Below, in pieces: positions 17,037 through 28,232 of a DNA stretch of 32,000 nt. Source of the DNA: an uncultured Alphaproteobacteria bacterium. GTDB lineage: Bacteria > Pseudomonadota > Alphaproteobacteria > Rs-D84. Location of the stretch: NCBI GenBank assembly GCA_963931495.1, contig OZ007020.1:150001-182000 (forward strand), in the 5' to 3' direction. A model generated the notes under the pieces. It saw nothing but the letters and a program-made list of their open reading frames with translations, had not been told where the DNA came from and did not search any database. Position numbers and translations under genes: made by a program. The first letter of the stretch is position 1. Each line of letters opens with the position of its first letter.

Positions 17037-17945
17037 ATGAAAATATCTGTGATTATCCCGGCATACAATTGTGCAAAATATATTGGCCAGACATTGGACT
17101 GTGTGCGTTTACAATCTTTTCCACAACGTGATCTGGAAGCGATTGTTTATATAGATGGCAGCCGCGACAACACATCTGATGTTGTACATTCGTACGCAAA
17201 AAAACATCCTGATTTTAACTTAAAAATAATTGATTCAGATGAAAATCACGGCGTTTCATATGCACGAAATCGCGCAATTGCCATGGCGCGTGGTGAATAT
17301 ATGCACTTTATGGACAGTGATGACATTATAAATACAGATTTTTACAAAAATTTATATGACGCCGCACATCGTACAAATTCAGATGTCGCCGTGTCAGAAA
17401 TGGTGTTTGAATATTGGCATGAACAAGATATATTGTTTAATACAGAAACGATTGTATCTGTGCCACAAGACAAAATAAATATAACATGTGTTGATACACA
17501 TGGATATCCATGGCGATATCTTATCCGCCGCCGTTTTTGGACCCAGCACAAATATTGTTTCCCAGAAAACATGCGATATTGCGAAGATATGTTGGTTATG
17601 ACAACAATGGTCACAGAATCTGAACATATTGTTGTTGTTCCGGGTGCACGATACATGTATATGGCACGCCCAAATTCACTGGTGCTGTCGCCAGAATTAA
17701 AATCACCCCGCGATATTGCACATGATGCGGCCGTTGCTGATGTTGAAATGTTCTTGCAAAAAAACGAATTACAACCAACGTATGACAAATGCATGGCGAA
17801 CACAGAATATAAATATTACCGCCTGTTTAATTTAATTCCATTGATTGTATCTGTGACGCCACAAAATAAATCATACACAAAATTCTATTTGTTTGGGTTG
17901 TTTTCAATATTGAAAATACGCCGCAAATTAAAAACGTCGGACTGA
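17037..17945 (+). CDS. Family 2 glycosyltransferase
   Basis: MKISVIIPAYNCAKYIGQTLDCV is a GT2 N-terminus, and a DxD motif is present (FMDSDDII). ATG 17037 is preferred over the ORF-track TTG at 17022. Confidence 0.9.
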   Translation: MKISVIIPAYNCAKYIGQTLDCVRLQSFPQRDLEAIVYIDGSRDNTSDVVHSYAKKHPDFNLKIIDSDENHGVSYARNRAIAMARGEYMHFMDSDDIINTDFYKNLYDAAHRTNSDVAVSEMVFEYWHEQDILFNTETIVSVPQDKINITCVDTHGYPWRYLIRRRFWTQHKYCFPENMRYCEDMLVMTTMVTESEHIVVVPGARYMYMARPNSLVLSPELKSPRDIAHDAAVADVEMFLQKNELQPTYDKCMANTEYKYYRLFNLIPLIVSVTPQNKSYTKFYLFGLFSILKIRRKLKTSD

Positions 17946-17970
17946 AACATATCGCACACCATTGTTACAA

Positions 17971-17998
17971 AAAAAACAGGGCAAATGCCCCGTTTTTT
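17971..17998. terminator. Bidirectional hairpin terminator between the GT2 gene and the permease gene
   Basis: A-run, CAGGGCA-aa-TGCCCCG, then T8. Confidence 0.7.
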
Positions 17999-19216
17999 TT
18001 ATTCATAGCGTAAACTGTCAATCGGGTTTAACTTTGCCGCCTTCATCGCGGGCATAACCCCAGACGCCAATCCAACAACAACCGCAACAGTAACAGATAC
18101 AACAACCGGCCATGCACTGAATGGAACGTCATAATCCATCAAGAAACGGCCAACGCCCTGGGACAGCCCAACACCGAATATTAACCCAATCATAGAACCA
18201 ATAAACGATATCAAAATTGCTTCGGACAAAAATTGGATAATAATATGCCGTTCACGCGCACCAATGGCCTTGCGTATGCCGATTTCACGTGTGCGTTCGG
18301 CGACGGATACCAGCATCATGTTCATAATACCAATTGACCCAACCAACAACGATACCGCAGCAATTGCAACCAACAACATTGTCATATACCCGGTAACGGT
18401 GTCCATGGCCTCCATAATCTGTTTCATATCCATGATTTGGAAATCGTCGGCATCGTTATCACCCAATTTATGCCGATCGCGTAACAGGGCGGTTATTTGC
18501 TCAATTGCCAATGCGTTATCAGCGTTTTCGTTTAATTTTAATGTTATCATACTGACAGAATTTGGGAACCGGCTGCCTTGCAGACGCTTTTTCAGCGTAG
18601 TAATCGGAATAATTACCATGTCATCTTGGCTGCCCATTGTTGAATCACCGCGTTCCTTGGTAACGCCAATAATTGTAAACGCCATATTTTGTACACGTAT
18701 GACTTCACCAACTGGGTTTTCAGGCATATGCAATTCTTCGGCCGTCTGGGGACCAATCACCGCATACGTTGAACCGTTGCGCACCGCAGATTGATTAAAA
18801 AATGTACCATATTTCATTTCCAGATTTTGAACCTGTTCATATCCAGGATACACACCCACCATTGATGATGCCCAGTTTTGATTACCGTATATGATTTGGG
18901 CCGCACTGTTTTGCACCGGACTGAACGCTGCAACATCTGGTAATTGACCGATAAATTCAGCATCTTGGATTGTTAATGTTTGCCGATTTCCTGTGCGCAC
19001 ACCGGCACTCTGCGCCGCACCGGCACGTATCATAATCGTATTTGTCCCCAGGGATGAAAACTGGTCACTGATTTGCTTTGATACAGTCTGGCCCACGGCA
19101 ACCATTATGACCACCGCCATAACACCGATAATAATCCCCAGAACGGTCAAGAACGAACGAACCTTGTTCCCACTGATTGATAACCAAGATTCTTTCATAA
19201 TATCATTAAAGGTCAT
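17999..19216 (-). CDS. ABC transporter permease, MacB/FtsX family
   Basis: 405-aa ORF with an N-terminal TM helix, a large periplasmic domain and a C-terminal FtsX-type 3-TM bundle (ERTREIGIRKAIGA). Confidence 0.92.
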   Translation of the reverse strand: MTFNDIMKESWLSISGNKVRSFLTVLGIIIGVMAVVIMVAVGQTVSKQISDQFSSLGTNTIMIRAGAAQSAGVRTGNRQTLTIQDAEFIGQLPDVAAFSPVQNSAAQIIYGNQNWASSMVGVYPGYEQVQNLEMKYGTFFNQSAVRNGSTYAVIGPQTAEELHMPENPVGEVIRVQNMAFTIIGVTKERGDSTMGSQDDMVIIPITTLKKRLQGSRFPNSVSMITLKLNENADNALAIEQITALLRDRHKLGDNDADDFQIMDMKQIMEAMDTVTGYMTMLLVAIAAVSLLVGSIGIMNMMLVSVAERTREIGIRKAIGARERHIIIQFLSEAILISFIGSMIGLIFGVGLSQGVGRFLMDYDVPFSAWPVVVSVTVAVVVGLASGVMPAMKAAKLNPIDSLRYE

Positions 19217-19234
19217 TTTGTAATCCTGTTTGTG

Positions 19235-19978
19235 TTATTGTTGTAATTCACGTTCATCGCGCGGCACACGCCCATCGTACGTTATCCGACCATCATAAAT
19301 ATGAATCAAACGATTTGAATATTGGGCGATTTCAAATTCGTGTGTAATCATTACAATCGTTATGCCCATTTCTTGATTTAATTTCTTAAAGAAACTTAAA
19401 ATATCATTTCCCATTTTACTGTCCAGCGCGCCGGTTGGTTCGTCGGCCAGTATTAATTTTGGGTCGCCCGCCAATGCACGGGCAATGGCAACGCGCTGTT
19501 TCATACCGCCCGACAATTGTGTTGGTAAATACGATTCAAAATTTTCCAATCCAACACGACGCAGCATTTCACGCGCGCGCGATATACGTTCATCCATCGG
19601 CAATCCACGGTACATTAACGGTAACATAACATTATCCAAAACACTGCGCTTGGACAGCAAATTAAATTGCTGGAACACAAATCCAATATATTCGTTGCGC
19701 ACCAAGGCCAATTCATCCGATGACAAATGCGTTACATCTTTGCCGTATAATTCATATGTGCCACTGGTTGGTGTGTCCAGTGCGCCGATAATATTCATAC
19801 ATGTGGATTTACCACTGCCCGATGGGCCCATGATTGATACAAATTCACCCTGGTTGACATCAAATGTTATATCAAACAAAACCTGTTGTTCGCCGCCCAT
19901 TTCAACGGGAAAACTTTTACAGATTTTTTTCATAGAAATGATTTTTACATCATCTGATTTAGTGGATTTTTTCGTCAT
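19235..19978 (-). CDS. ABC transporter ATP-binding protein, MacB/LolD-like
   Basis: Walker A GPSGSGKST, signature LSGGMKQR, Walker B LILADEPT. Start set at ATG 19978 (MTKKSTKSDDVKIISMKKICKSF) rather than the ORF-track 20032. Confidence 0.92.
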   Translation of the reverse strand: MTKKSTKSDDVKIISMKKICKSFPVEMGGEQQVLFDITFDVNQGEFVSIMGPSGSGKSTCMNIIGALDTPTSGTYELYGKDVTHLSSDELALVRNEYIGFVFQQFNLLSKRSVLDNVMLPLMYRGLPMDERISRAREMLRRVGLENFESYLPTQLSGGMKQRVAIARALAGDPKLILADEPTGALDSKMGNDILSFFKKLNQEMGITIVMITHEFEIAQYSNRLIHIYDGRITYDGRVPRDERELQQ

Positions 19979-20003
19979 TCTACATTCTCTTGCTGTCCGG
20001 CGA

Positions 20004-20032
20004 ATTATATCACCTTTTTCATAAAATTGCAA
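20004..20032 (-). promoter_or_regulatory. Sigma70-like promoter for the ATPase-permease pair
   Basis: On the minus strand: TTGCAA (20032..20027), 17-nt spacer, TATAAT (20009..20004), about 25 nt upstream of the ATG. Confidence 0.55.
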
Positions 20033-20107
20033 AAAATTACGCCCAAGAATCGCATGGTCCGCATCGTGCCAGCCGGCTGTTTCTTGGTTACAAGTATAAA
20101 AACGATG

Positions 20108-20140
20108 TAAAAAAAAACACCGGCATTTACCGGTGTTTTT
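20108..20140 (-). terminator. Hairpin terminator immediately after the adaptor gene
   Basis: CACCGG-cattta-CCGGTG flanked by an A-run and a T-run; on the minus strand it is followed by T9-10. Confidence 0.75.
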
Positions 20141-20145
20141 GTGGA

Positions 20146-21321
20146 TTACATTGGTGGCCCCATCCGCGCCGATCTGGACGACGCCAATCCATATCGTCCA
20201 AATATAACCCGGTCACCATCTTGGATATCATCAGAAATGATTTCTGTTTCTGTGGCTGTGACCAGTCCTTTTTCATACGGCACCAATATAACTGTTTGAT
20301 TACCATCAACATTACGCTGTATCGCCAAATGATCAGATGGCGTCGCGTCACCCGCATCTGGGACAATACCGTCAAAATTACGCAATATCAGCGCGGAATT
20401 TTGCACTTTCCATACATCTGTTTTTTCTGAAATTAAAATCGTCACAAATGCTGTCATACCGGGTTTCAAGCGTAAATCGGAATTATCAACATCAATAACC
20501 ACAGTATACACAACAACATTTGATGTGATTGTTGGTGATAAACGAACCTGGCGAACAAATCCTTCAAATGTTTGTGTTGGATATGCATCAACCGTGAATG
20601 TTACGGGCAAGCCTTCGGTAATCATACCAATGTCCGCTTCGGATACAGCGGTTTCAATCTGCATTTTTGATAAATCTTCGGCAATTTCAAACAAATCAGG
20701 CGTTTGGAATGATGCGGCAACTGTCTGGCCGACATCAACCTGGCGCGATATAACCGTGCCATCAACCGGTGATGTAATCGTGGCATAGCCCAGATTTGTG
20801 ACCGCACGATCATATTGAGATTGCATGCGATTAACCGATTGTTCGGCCTGTTCATACGTTGTCAACGATTGTTCCAGTTCCGCGCGCGCAATAAAACCAT
20901 CTTCATACAGACTTTTATTACGTTCGTATTCGCTTTTTGCGTAATTACGCTGGGATTCTGCACTGACCAAAGATGCTTTCGCTTCATCAACCGACGCCTG
21001 TAACACCGATGGTTCAATTTCCAACAGAACATCGCCTTTTTTAACCTTGGAATTATAATCAACATAAATTGCTTCTATGGTGCCACTGACCTGGGAACCG
21101 ACATTAATTGTATTTAATGGTTGAATTTCACCTGTGGCGGTTACAACCTGGCGCAAATCACCGCGATAAATGGCCGCTGTGGCAAAGCCCGTCCCCTGGG
21201 CATCAGAACCACGTCCGACAAAATACACTGTTGCAACCACAACCAATATAAACAGTATTATCCACCATTTGCGGCGTTTAACCCACGCCCAAAAACCACG
21301 TTTCTTTGTGTCGTTATTCAT
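20146..21321 (-). CDS. Efflux pump periplasmic adaptor (HlyD/MacA family)
   Basis: N-terminal TM helix, coiled-coil hairpin, lipoyl and beta-barrel segments. ATG 21321 is preceded by GAGGAGG and overlaps the tolC-like stop by 8 nt. Confidence 0.9.
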   Translation of the reverse strand: MNNDTKKRGFWAWVKRRKWWIILFILVVVATVYFVGRGSDAQGTGFATAAIYRGDLRQVVTATGEIQPLNTINVGSQVSGTIEAIYVDYNSKVKKGDVLLEIEPSVLQASVDEAKASLVSAESQRNYAKSEYERNKSLYEDGFIARAELEQSLTTYEQAEQSVNRMQSQYDRAVTNLGYATITSPVDGTVISRQVDVGQTVAASFQTPDLFEIAEDLSKMQIETAVSEADIGMITEGLPVTFTVDAYPTQTFEGFVRQVRLSPTITSNVVVYTVVIDVDNSDLRLKPGMTAFVTILISEKTDVWKVQNSALILRNFDGIVPDAGDATPSDHLAIQRNVDGNQTVILVPYEKGLVTATETEIISDDIQDGDRVIFGRYGLASSRSARMGPPM

Positions 21322-22648
21322 TGACGATACCCTCCTCAATCAAACCGTCTTTGATATCACCGATGGCCAAAGCCAGTGCGGCGCGTTTTGTGAACAAATC
21401 ATATTTAGCGGCATTATTTTGCTTGTGCGCATCCGCCAAATCTGCCAAAGCCTGTTGCCAATCCAACATTGTGGCCTTGCCAACCTTGTACATGCCGGCG
21501 GTAACGTTTTCCGTTTCCTGGGCCGACGCAAGTAATGTTTCTGTTTGTTTTAATACAGTCTGGGCCGTTTTATAGTTTTGATATGCACTGAACACATCCA
21601 GCATCGCATTATCCGTCGTTTGGCGTTCTTGTTCAATTGCGCGTTCATAATTTGCCTGGGCGGCGCGACTGTTGTAAAAATTTGAAAATCCGGTAAATAT
21701 CGGCATAGATGCACGAATACCGATACTGCCACTCCATTCATCTTGGCCGGCATTGTAAACATCGGATGGGATGTTGTTCCATGACAAACTGCCACTGGCA
21801 GAAATCGTCGGCAGATTCGCCAGAAATGTGCTGTTTCTGCGGTGCCATGCAGCGTCTTTGTTTGCAGATGCACGCAACAGGTCAGGGCGTTTTTCCCGCG
21901 CAATTTCAATTAACTCATCAATACTTTGATTTTCTGTTTCGGAACCAAATTCCGCCGGCATATCCGCGATTTTGATTTCTTGATCAGCAGGAAATGCCAG
22001 TTTTGCCAACAATGTACCCTTGGCAATTTCGCGATTATTCTTTGCGCGTTCCAGTTCCAGTTCACTGCTGGCCAATGTGACGTCGGCCTTTAATACATCG
22101 GCCTTGGCCACAGCACCAGCATTAAACTTTTTATCGGCCGTATCCTTGGCCGTTTTGGACACCTGTTGTACGGCACGCGCCGTCATAACGTCTGCATCGG
22201 CGTTCAACAGGGCATAATATGCGCCAATGACACTGTATACGTAATTTTGCACCGATTCGCTGTAATCAAAACCAGTCGCACGCCACGTGGCAATCAATTG
22301 ATTCACATCGGACAAACGCTTGCCAAAATCAAATATCAAATATGATGCCGAAATTGACGCCCCATATGACCATGTATCAAATTCACGATTTCTGTACGGC
22401 AAACTGGCAGATGCAGATGCACTGACCGATGGCAAATATTGTGAATATCCGGCATTTTTATTGAAACGCGCCGATTCCAGTGACAGATACGCCGCCGCCG
22501 TTTCTGGATTACGACATAATCCCAATTCAATGACCTGTTGCAGGGTCAATTCACCGTCTGGCACCGTTGTCATCGTACGACAGTTTTCATCCGCGGCAAA
22601 TGCCCCAAATGGCAGCATAGTTGCCAGAATAACAAATATTTTCTTCAT
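21314..22648 (-). CDS. tolC: TolC-family outer membrane efflux protein
   Basis: 444-aa ORF with signal peptide MKKIFVILATMLPFGAFA and two TolC-type repeat halves; SD GAGAGAG. Confidence 0.88.
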   Translation of the reverse strand: MKKIFVILATMLPFGAFAADENCRTMTTVPDGELTLQQVIELGLCRNPETAAAYLSLESARFNKNAGYSQYLPSVSASASASLPYRNREFDTWSYGASISASYLIFDFGKRLSDVNQLIATWRATGFDYSESVQNYVYSVIGAYYALLNADADVMTARAVQQVSKTAKDTADKKFNAGAVAKADVLKADVTLASSELELERAKNNREIAKGTLLAKLAFPADQEIKIADMPAEFGSETENQSIDELIEIAREKRPDLLRASANKDAAWHRRNSTFLANLPTISASGSLSWNNIPSDVYNAGQDEWSGSIGIRASMPIFTGFSNFYNSRAAQANYERAIEQERQTTDNAMLDVFSAYQNYKTAQTVLKQTETLLASAQETENVTAGMYKVGKATMLDWQQALADLADAHKQNNAAKYDLFTKRAALALAIGDIKDGLIEEGIVNE

Positions 22649-22744
22649 GAATTAAACTCTCTCGCGCTAATTATATCACACATATTACAATTTTTATGTT
22701 GAATTACAAATTTTTTTTGCTTAGTATGTTTGCACATAATCGTT

Positions 22745-22818
22745 GGCCTGGTGGCAGAGTGGTTATGCAGAGGACTGCAAATCCTTGTATGCCGGTTCGA
22801 TTCCGACCCAGGCCTCCA
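22745..22818 (+). tRNA. tRNA-Cys (anticodon GCA), CCA encoded
   Basis: Acceptor GGCCTGG/CCAGGCC, anticodon stem GAGGA/TCCTT with loop CTGCAAA, T loop TTCGATT; one C:A mismatch in the T stem (GCCGG/CCGAC). Confidence 0.9.
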
Positions 22819-22826
22819 AATATTTA

Positions 22827-22851
22827 AGCCGGCGTTTTGCCGGTGTTTTTT
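22827..22851 (+). terminator. Hairpin terminator after tRNA-Cys
   Basis: CCGGC-gtttt-GCCGG followed by TGTTTTTT. Confidence 0.75.
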
Positions 22852-22856
22852 GTATT

Positions 22857-22884
22857 AAAAATGCCGGCATTTGCCGGCATTTTT
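22857..22884 (-). terminator. Hairpin terminator after mreB (bidirectional shape)
   Basis: AAAA-ATGCCGGC-attt-GCCGGCAT-TTTT, perfect 8-bp stem. Confidence 0.8.
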
Positions 22885-22890
22885 AACGCA

Positions 22891-24033
<1,143 letters not shown>

Positions 24034-24055
24034 TTATTTTGATAATATATACGGC

Positions 24056-24400
24056 ATGAGAAATACGATAAAAAAGCATATTGACTTTGCAATATCTGAC
24101 CAAGACGTGAATGCACGCAGTGCATTTTTCTTTGTCCGTGCACGCACAGCCAAATTCCCAGATAATCCACGATATGGCCTGGTTGTGACAAAACGTACAT
24201 TCAAATTGGCCGTTCACAGAAATCGCGCCAAGCGTTTATTACGCGACTGGATTATGTTTAATGAAAAGCATATGTGCCGTGATATGGATTATGTATTTAT
24301 CGCACGTCATCCTATTTTAGATGCATCGCGCGACGATGGACGTGCGGCGATGCGTCGGGCATTGCACTATATAAAAAAAACACATGCAACACAAAAATAA
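24056..24400 (+). CDS. rnpA: Ribonuclease P protein component
   Basis: 114-aa basic ORF with an RnpA RNR-type motif ([15 protein letters not shown]). Confidence 0.9.
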   Translation: MRNTIKKHIDFAISDQDVNARSAFFFVRARTAKFPDNPRYGLVVTKRTFKLAVHRNRAKRLLRDWIMFNEKHMCRDMDYVFIARHPILDASRDDGRAAMRRALHYIKKTHATQK

Positions 24401-24623
24401 AAGCATCGCTGTACGTGCCGCAATCGCAATGGTTAAAATGTATCAATCATGCATTTCACCGTTTTTTGGCGGGCGTGCCGCATGTCGTTTTATCCCGTCA
24501 TGCAGTGAATATACCCGCCAGGCAATTGAAAAATATGGTCTGGTTCGCGGCACAATAATGGGAATCCGCCGAATATTGCGCTGTCGGCCGGGTGGGGGAT
24601 TTGGTTATGACCCCGTCCCTTGA
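24384..24623 (+). CDS. yidD: Membrane protein insertion efficiency factor YidD
   Basis: 79-aa ORF; [19 protein letters not shown] and GGFGYDPVP are YidD hallmarks; overlaps rnpA by 17 nt. Confidence 0.9.
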   Translation: MQHKNKSIAVRAAIAMVKMYQSCISPFFGGRAACRFIPSCSEYTRQAIEKYGLVRGTIMGIRRILRCRPGGGFGYDPVP

Positions 24624-24685
24624 CATCGTGCCTGATTGTGGTAAAATTCCAGTCACATTGATTAGTTTATATAAAAGGATACAAA

Positions 24686-25141
24686 ATGTCATTTCGTGCA
24701 ACCGTTGAATCTATGTCAAAAATTATGGATGAAATGGGGATTACAGAACTGGATCTGGAACGCCAATTCTTGTTCGGCGTATATCGTAAACATATTCATT
24801 TATCAAAACAACAAGGATCGGCCACGGTCGCAATGCCGAATTTTCCGGTGGCGTCTGAATCAAAAAACACAAACAGTGAACCCGCCGGTGATGATGAAAA
24901 AATCAGCGGGTATGCGTTAAAGTCACCAATGGTCGGGGTTGCATATTTGGCCCCAGAACCGGGCGCAAAACCATTTACATCGGTCGGTGCACAAATCAAG
25001 GCCGGTGACACTGTCGCATTGATAGAGGCAATGAAAACATTTAACCCAATCAAATCTGATAAAGATGGCGTGGTCAAAGAAATTTTGGTATCTGATGGCC
25101 AGGCCGTTGAATTTGACCAACCAATAATTGTTATTGAATAG
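24686..25141 (+). CDS. accB: Acetyl-CoA carboxylase biotin carboxyl carrier protein
   Basis: 151-aa ORF with the biotinyl-lysine motif EAMKT in a C-terminal lipoyl-like domain; SD AAAGGA. Confidence 0.93.
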   Translation: MSFRATVESMSKIMDEMGITELDLERQFLFGVYRKHIHLSKQQGSATVAMPNFPVASESKNTNSEPAGDDEKISGYALKSPMVGVAYLAPEPGAKPFTSVGAQIKAGDTVALIEAMKTFNPIKSDKDGVVKEILVSDGQAVEFDQPIIVIE

Positions 25142-25149
25142 TTTATAAA

Positions 25150-26562
25150 ATGTCACAAATTAAAAAAGTCTTGATTGCAAATCGTGGTGAAATTGCACTG
25201 CGGATAATTCGTGCATGTCGCGATATGGGAATACGTACTGTCGCGGTGTATTCAACCGTTGATAAAAACGCAATGCATGTTCAATTGGCCGATGAATCTG
25301 TGTGTATTGGTCCCGGCCCGTCCAAGGATTCTTATCTGAACGAATCTGCGATATTAACGGCGGCATTGTTGACCAACGCTGATGCAATTCATCCAGGATA
25401 CGGATTTTTATCAGAACGTGCGGATTTTGCCCAAAAGGTTGAACAGCATGGATTGATTTGGATTGGCCCATCGGCGGCAATGATTGAACAAATGGGCGAC
25501 AAGGTTAATGCCAAGCAAACTGCAATCAAATGTGGATTGCCGGTGGTACCGGGTTCTGACGGCGCGGTTGAAACATTGGAAGATGCTCTTTTCTGGGCGG
25601 AAAAAATTGGATATCCTGTGATGTTAAAGGCCGCGGCCGGTGGCGGCGGGCGTGGAATACGTCCCGTAATGTCCCCAGACGATATGGCCGAAGCGTTCCA
25701 GATGACCAAGAACGAAGCGAAATCGGGTTTTGGTGATGATACGCTGTATATGGAAAAATTACTGATGCATCCGCGCCATATTGAATTCCAGGTTCTGGGG
25801 GACAAGCATGGAAACGTTGTAATTTTTGGTGAACGCGATTGTTCGTTACAGCGGAAAAATCAAAAGGTTATGGAAGAATGTCCGGCGGCAATTTTAACCC
25901 AAAAACAACGCGACGATATGATAGAAATCTGTAAAAACGCCGCAAAAAAAATGGGGTATGTGAATGCCGGTACGTTTGAATTCATGTTTGAAGAAGGCAA
26001 GTTCTATTTCTTGGAAATGAACACCCGGCTGCAAGTTGAACATCCGGTAACAGAAATGGTATATGGTGTTGATTTGGTACGCGAACAAATCCGTATCGCC
26101 GCCGGCGAAAAGTTGGGATATACCCAATCAAACGTCGTGCCACACGGTCATGCAATTGAATTTCGTATTAATGCCGAAGACCCAGAAACGTTTATTCCAA
26201 ATCCTGGGAAAATCACATTGTATGCACCGTCTGGTGGATTGGGGGTACGCGTAGACAGCGCGGTATATACTGGATACACAATTCCGCCAACATACGATTC
26301 AATGATTGCCAAATTAATTGTTCATGCCCCCAGTCGTGCGGCATGCATCATGCGCGCCGGACGTGCACTGGATGAATTTGTCATAGAAGGTGTCAAAACA
26401 ACAATTCCGTTACAGCAAAAACTGTTAAAGAATCGTGATGTTAAAACACTGAATTTTGACAATCATTGGTTGGAATCTTATTTGAAATCTGAAACAGAAA
26501 ACAAAACGGTAAAGCAAAAAAAGACAAAAAAACACACAGATAAAGATTCCGATGAACAGTAA
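25150..26562 (+). CDS. accC: Acetyl-CoA carboxylase biotin carboxylase subunit
   Basis: 470-aa ORF; ATP-grasp with KAAAGGGGRGIR and EMNTRLQVEHPVTE; Lys-rich C-terminal tail. Confidence 0.97.
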   Translation: MSQIKKVLIANRGEIALRIIRACRDMGIRTVAVYSTVDKNAMHVQLADESVCIGPGPSKDSYLNESAILTAALLTNADAIHPGYGFLSERADFAQKVEQHGLIWIGPSAAMIEQMGDKVNAKQTAIKCGLPVVPGSDGAVETLEDALFWAEKIGYPVMLKAAAGGGGRGIRPVMSPDDMAEAFQMTKNEAKSGFGDDTLYMEKLLMHPRHIEFQVLGDKHGNVVIFGERDCSLQRKNQKVMEECPAAILTQKQRDDMIEICKNAAKKMGYVNAGTFEFMFEEGKFYFLEMNTRLQVEHPVTEMVYGVDLVREQIRIAAGEKLGYTQSNVVPHGHAIEFRINAEDPETFIPNPGKITLYAPSGGLGVRVDSAVYTGYTIPPTYDSMIAKLIVHAPSRAACIMRAGRALDEFVIEGVKTTIPLQQKLLKNRDVKTLNFDNHWLESYLKSETENKTVKQKKTKKHTDKDSDEQ

Positions 26563-26594
26563 AAAAAATACCGGCATTTACCGGTATTTTTTTT
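26563..26594. terminator. Bidirectional hairpin terminator between accC and sspB
   Basis: A-run, ATACCGG-cattta-CCGGTAT, then T8. Confidence 0.8.
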
Positions 26595-27057
26595 ACTTAT
26601 TTTTATTCTTTCTGAATTCATCCAGTGAAATAACACGGCCGGCATCGGTGGCGGTATTTTTTTCTTCCAGTGGCAGTTCCATGTCATTGTCGGCCAAATT
26701 TGTCGCGCCATTGGGATGAAATGACAACATAAAATCAACCGACGGATCTTTGAATTCAACCAGCGCAGAAAATGGCACACGAATAAAAAATGGCCGCCCA
26801 TCAAATGTCAGTTGTACCCCAAATTCTTTATCTGATACGTGTAAATTATTATATGAATATTGCAATACAATTGTCATGATATCGGGGTATCGTATACGCA
26901 AAAAATCCGGCAATACAACCCCCGGGGCCCGCGTTTTGAACGTGATGTAAAAATGCGTACCATCACCCAAACCATTAAACTGGGCATGTATCAGGGCATC
27001 TTTTACAACAGATTTTAGTGCGTTATCCAGTAATGTTTGATAGTCAATCTTGCTCAT
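26593..27057 (-). CDS. sspB: ClpXP adaptor SspB (stringent starvation protein B family)
   Basis: 154-aa ORF whose pattern (HFYITF, VVLPDFL, MTIVLQ, LTFDGRPFFIRVPFSALVEF) follows the SspB substrate-binding domain. An acidic linker and a basic C-terminal tail (LDEFRKNKNK) resemble a ClpX-binding tail. Confidence 0.8.
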   Translation of the reverse strand: MSKIDYQTLLDNALKSVVKDALIHAQFNGLGDGTHFYITFKTRAPGVVLPDFLRIRYPDIMTIVLQYSYNNLHVSDKEFGVQLTFDGRPFFIRVPFSALVEFKDPSVDFMLSFHPNGATNLADNDMELPLEEKNTATDAGRVISLDEFRKNKNK

Positions 27058-27060
27058 ATT

Positions 27061-28143
27061 TCACTTCCTGGGAACCAGTATATTATTTATTTCACCATCC
27101 TTGCAAGCAACAAATACAGAATTCGGAACATCGGAAAAAACATCTGGATCCAAACCTGTGGCCCAAACCTGGGCGTTGGATTCGTCCAAATCATTAAACA
27201 ATCGCGTACGCGCCCCAGAATCCAAGTGCGCTGCGGCTTCGTCCAATAATATCAGTGGTGTATGTTGTGTCTTGGCTTTAATTAATTTGGCATGCGCCAA
27301 AATCAAATTTAATAACACTGTTTTTTGTTGTCCCGTACTGGTTAATGCCGCCGGTAATTTCAGCACATGATTAAACACACCAAAATCAGACTTGTTTGGC
27401 CCATCTATCACCATTTTATCACCAATTAATTCACGATTTTGGACCAGGTATTCCATATATTTTCTTTCCACCGATGCACTGGGCATGCCATCTATTAACA
27501 TCTGTTCCAGCATGCCAGACACACTGACCGCGCAATCAGATAAAAAATAATTTAATTCGCCGGCATATTGTATGCGCGCCGATGCGACAGATACCGCAAT
27601 ACCGGCAATTTGTGCATCCAGCGCATCCAACCACTTTTTATCGCGACTGTTTTTCAACGCAAATGCACGTTCCGACATCAGTTTTGACAAACGGGCCCCA
27701 CGTCCAGAATGTGCACCATCAAACCCAGATGCCAAACGATCAAAAAACGCGCGCCGTTCAGACGCCGCATCAACAAACAATCTGTCTTCACGCGGGGTTA
27801 CCCACACCATACGCAAACGTGCGCCCAGATCTGTTAATGTTGCCACGTCGCCATCAATACGCGCCCGCCGATTTGTATCCCCCGGCGAAAAGCACACAGA
27901 TATTTCTGTATCATCATCCAGTACAGCATGAACAGAAAAACCGCCGTCACCATCAAAACGCGCGATATCGGTCATTGTTGCGCCGCGCATGCCACGGTCC
28001 CCAGACAGCATGGATACCGCTTCCAGTACTGCTGTTTTCCCCGCGCCATTGGGACCGGTGATAATCACATTGCGACGTCCATGTGTGTTTATGCGACACA
28101 TTTTATGATTACGAAAATTTGATAATGAAATCGTTTCTATCAT
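27061..28143 (-). CDS. recF: DNA replication and repair protein RecF
   Basis: Walker A GPNGAGKT, SMC-type signature STGQQKT, Walker B ILLDE. ATG 28143 (MIETISLSNFRNH) is preferred over the ORF-track TTG at 28164. Confidence 0.93.
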   Translation of the reverse strand: MIETISLSNFRNHKMCRINTHGRRNVIITGPNGAGKTAVLEAVSMLSGDRGMRGATMTDIARFDGDGGFSVHAVLDDDTEISVCFSPGDTNRRARIDGDVATLTDLGARLRMVWVTPREDRLFVDAASERRAFFDRLASGFDGAHSGRGARLSKLMSERAFALKNSRDKKWLDALDAQIAGIAVSVASARIQYAGELNYFLSDCAVSVSGMLEQMLIDGMPSASVERKYMEYLVQNRELIGDKMVIDGPNKSDFGVFNHVLKLPAALTSTGQQKTVLLNLILAHAKLIKAKTQHTPLILLDEAAAHLDSGARTRLFNDLDESNAQVWATGLDPDVFSDVPNSVFVACKDGEINNILVPRK

Positions 28144-28191
28144 GCAACGATAATAACAAAACAAAAATAAAAATGCATAAATAAATTAATA

Positions 28192-28219
28192 TTGCAATCT
28201 GAATTTGCTTTGATATAAT
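28192..28219 (+). promoter_or_regulatory. Sigma70-like promoter for tRNA-Val(GAC)
   Basis: TTGCAA-16-TATAAT, ending 14 nt before the tRNA 5' end. Confidence 0.5.
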
Positions 28220-28232
28220 CGGAAACAGTCCT

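Noticed and set aside
18264-20024. Plus-strand ORFs 18264..18794 and 19485..20024 opposite the MacB-type permease and ATPase
   Set aside because: They are antisense to genes with Walker/FtsX motifs, and their translations are unstructured.
22745-22818. tRNA-Cys as a pseudogene because of a C:A mismatch in the T stem
   Set aside because: All other arms fold canonically, the anticodon loop and CCA end are intact, and it has its own terminator. A single mismatch is tolerated in many functional tRNAs.
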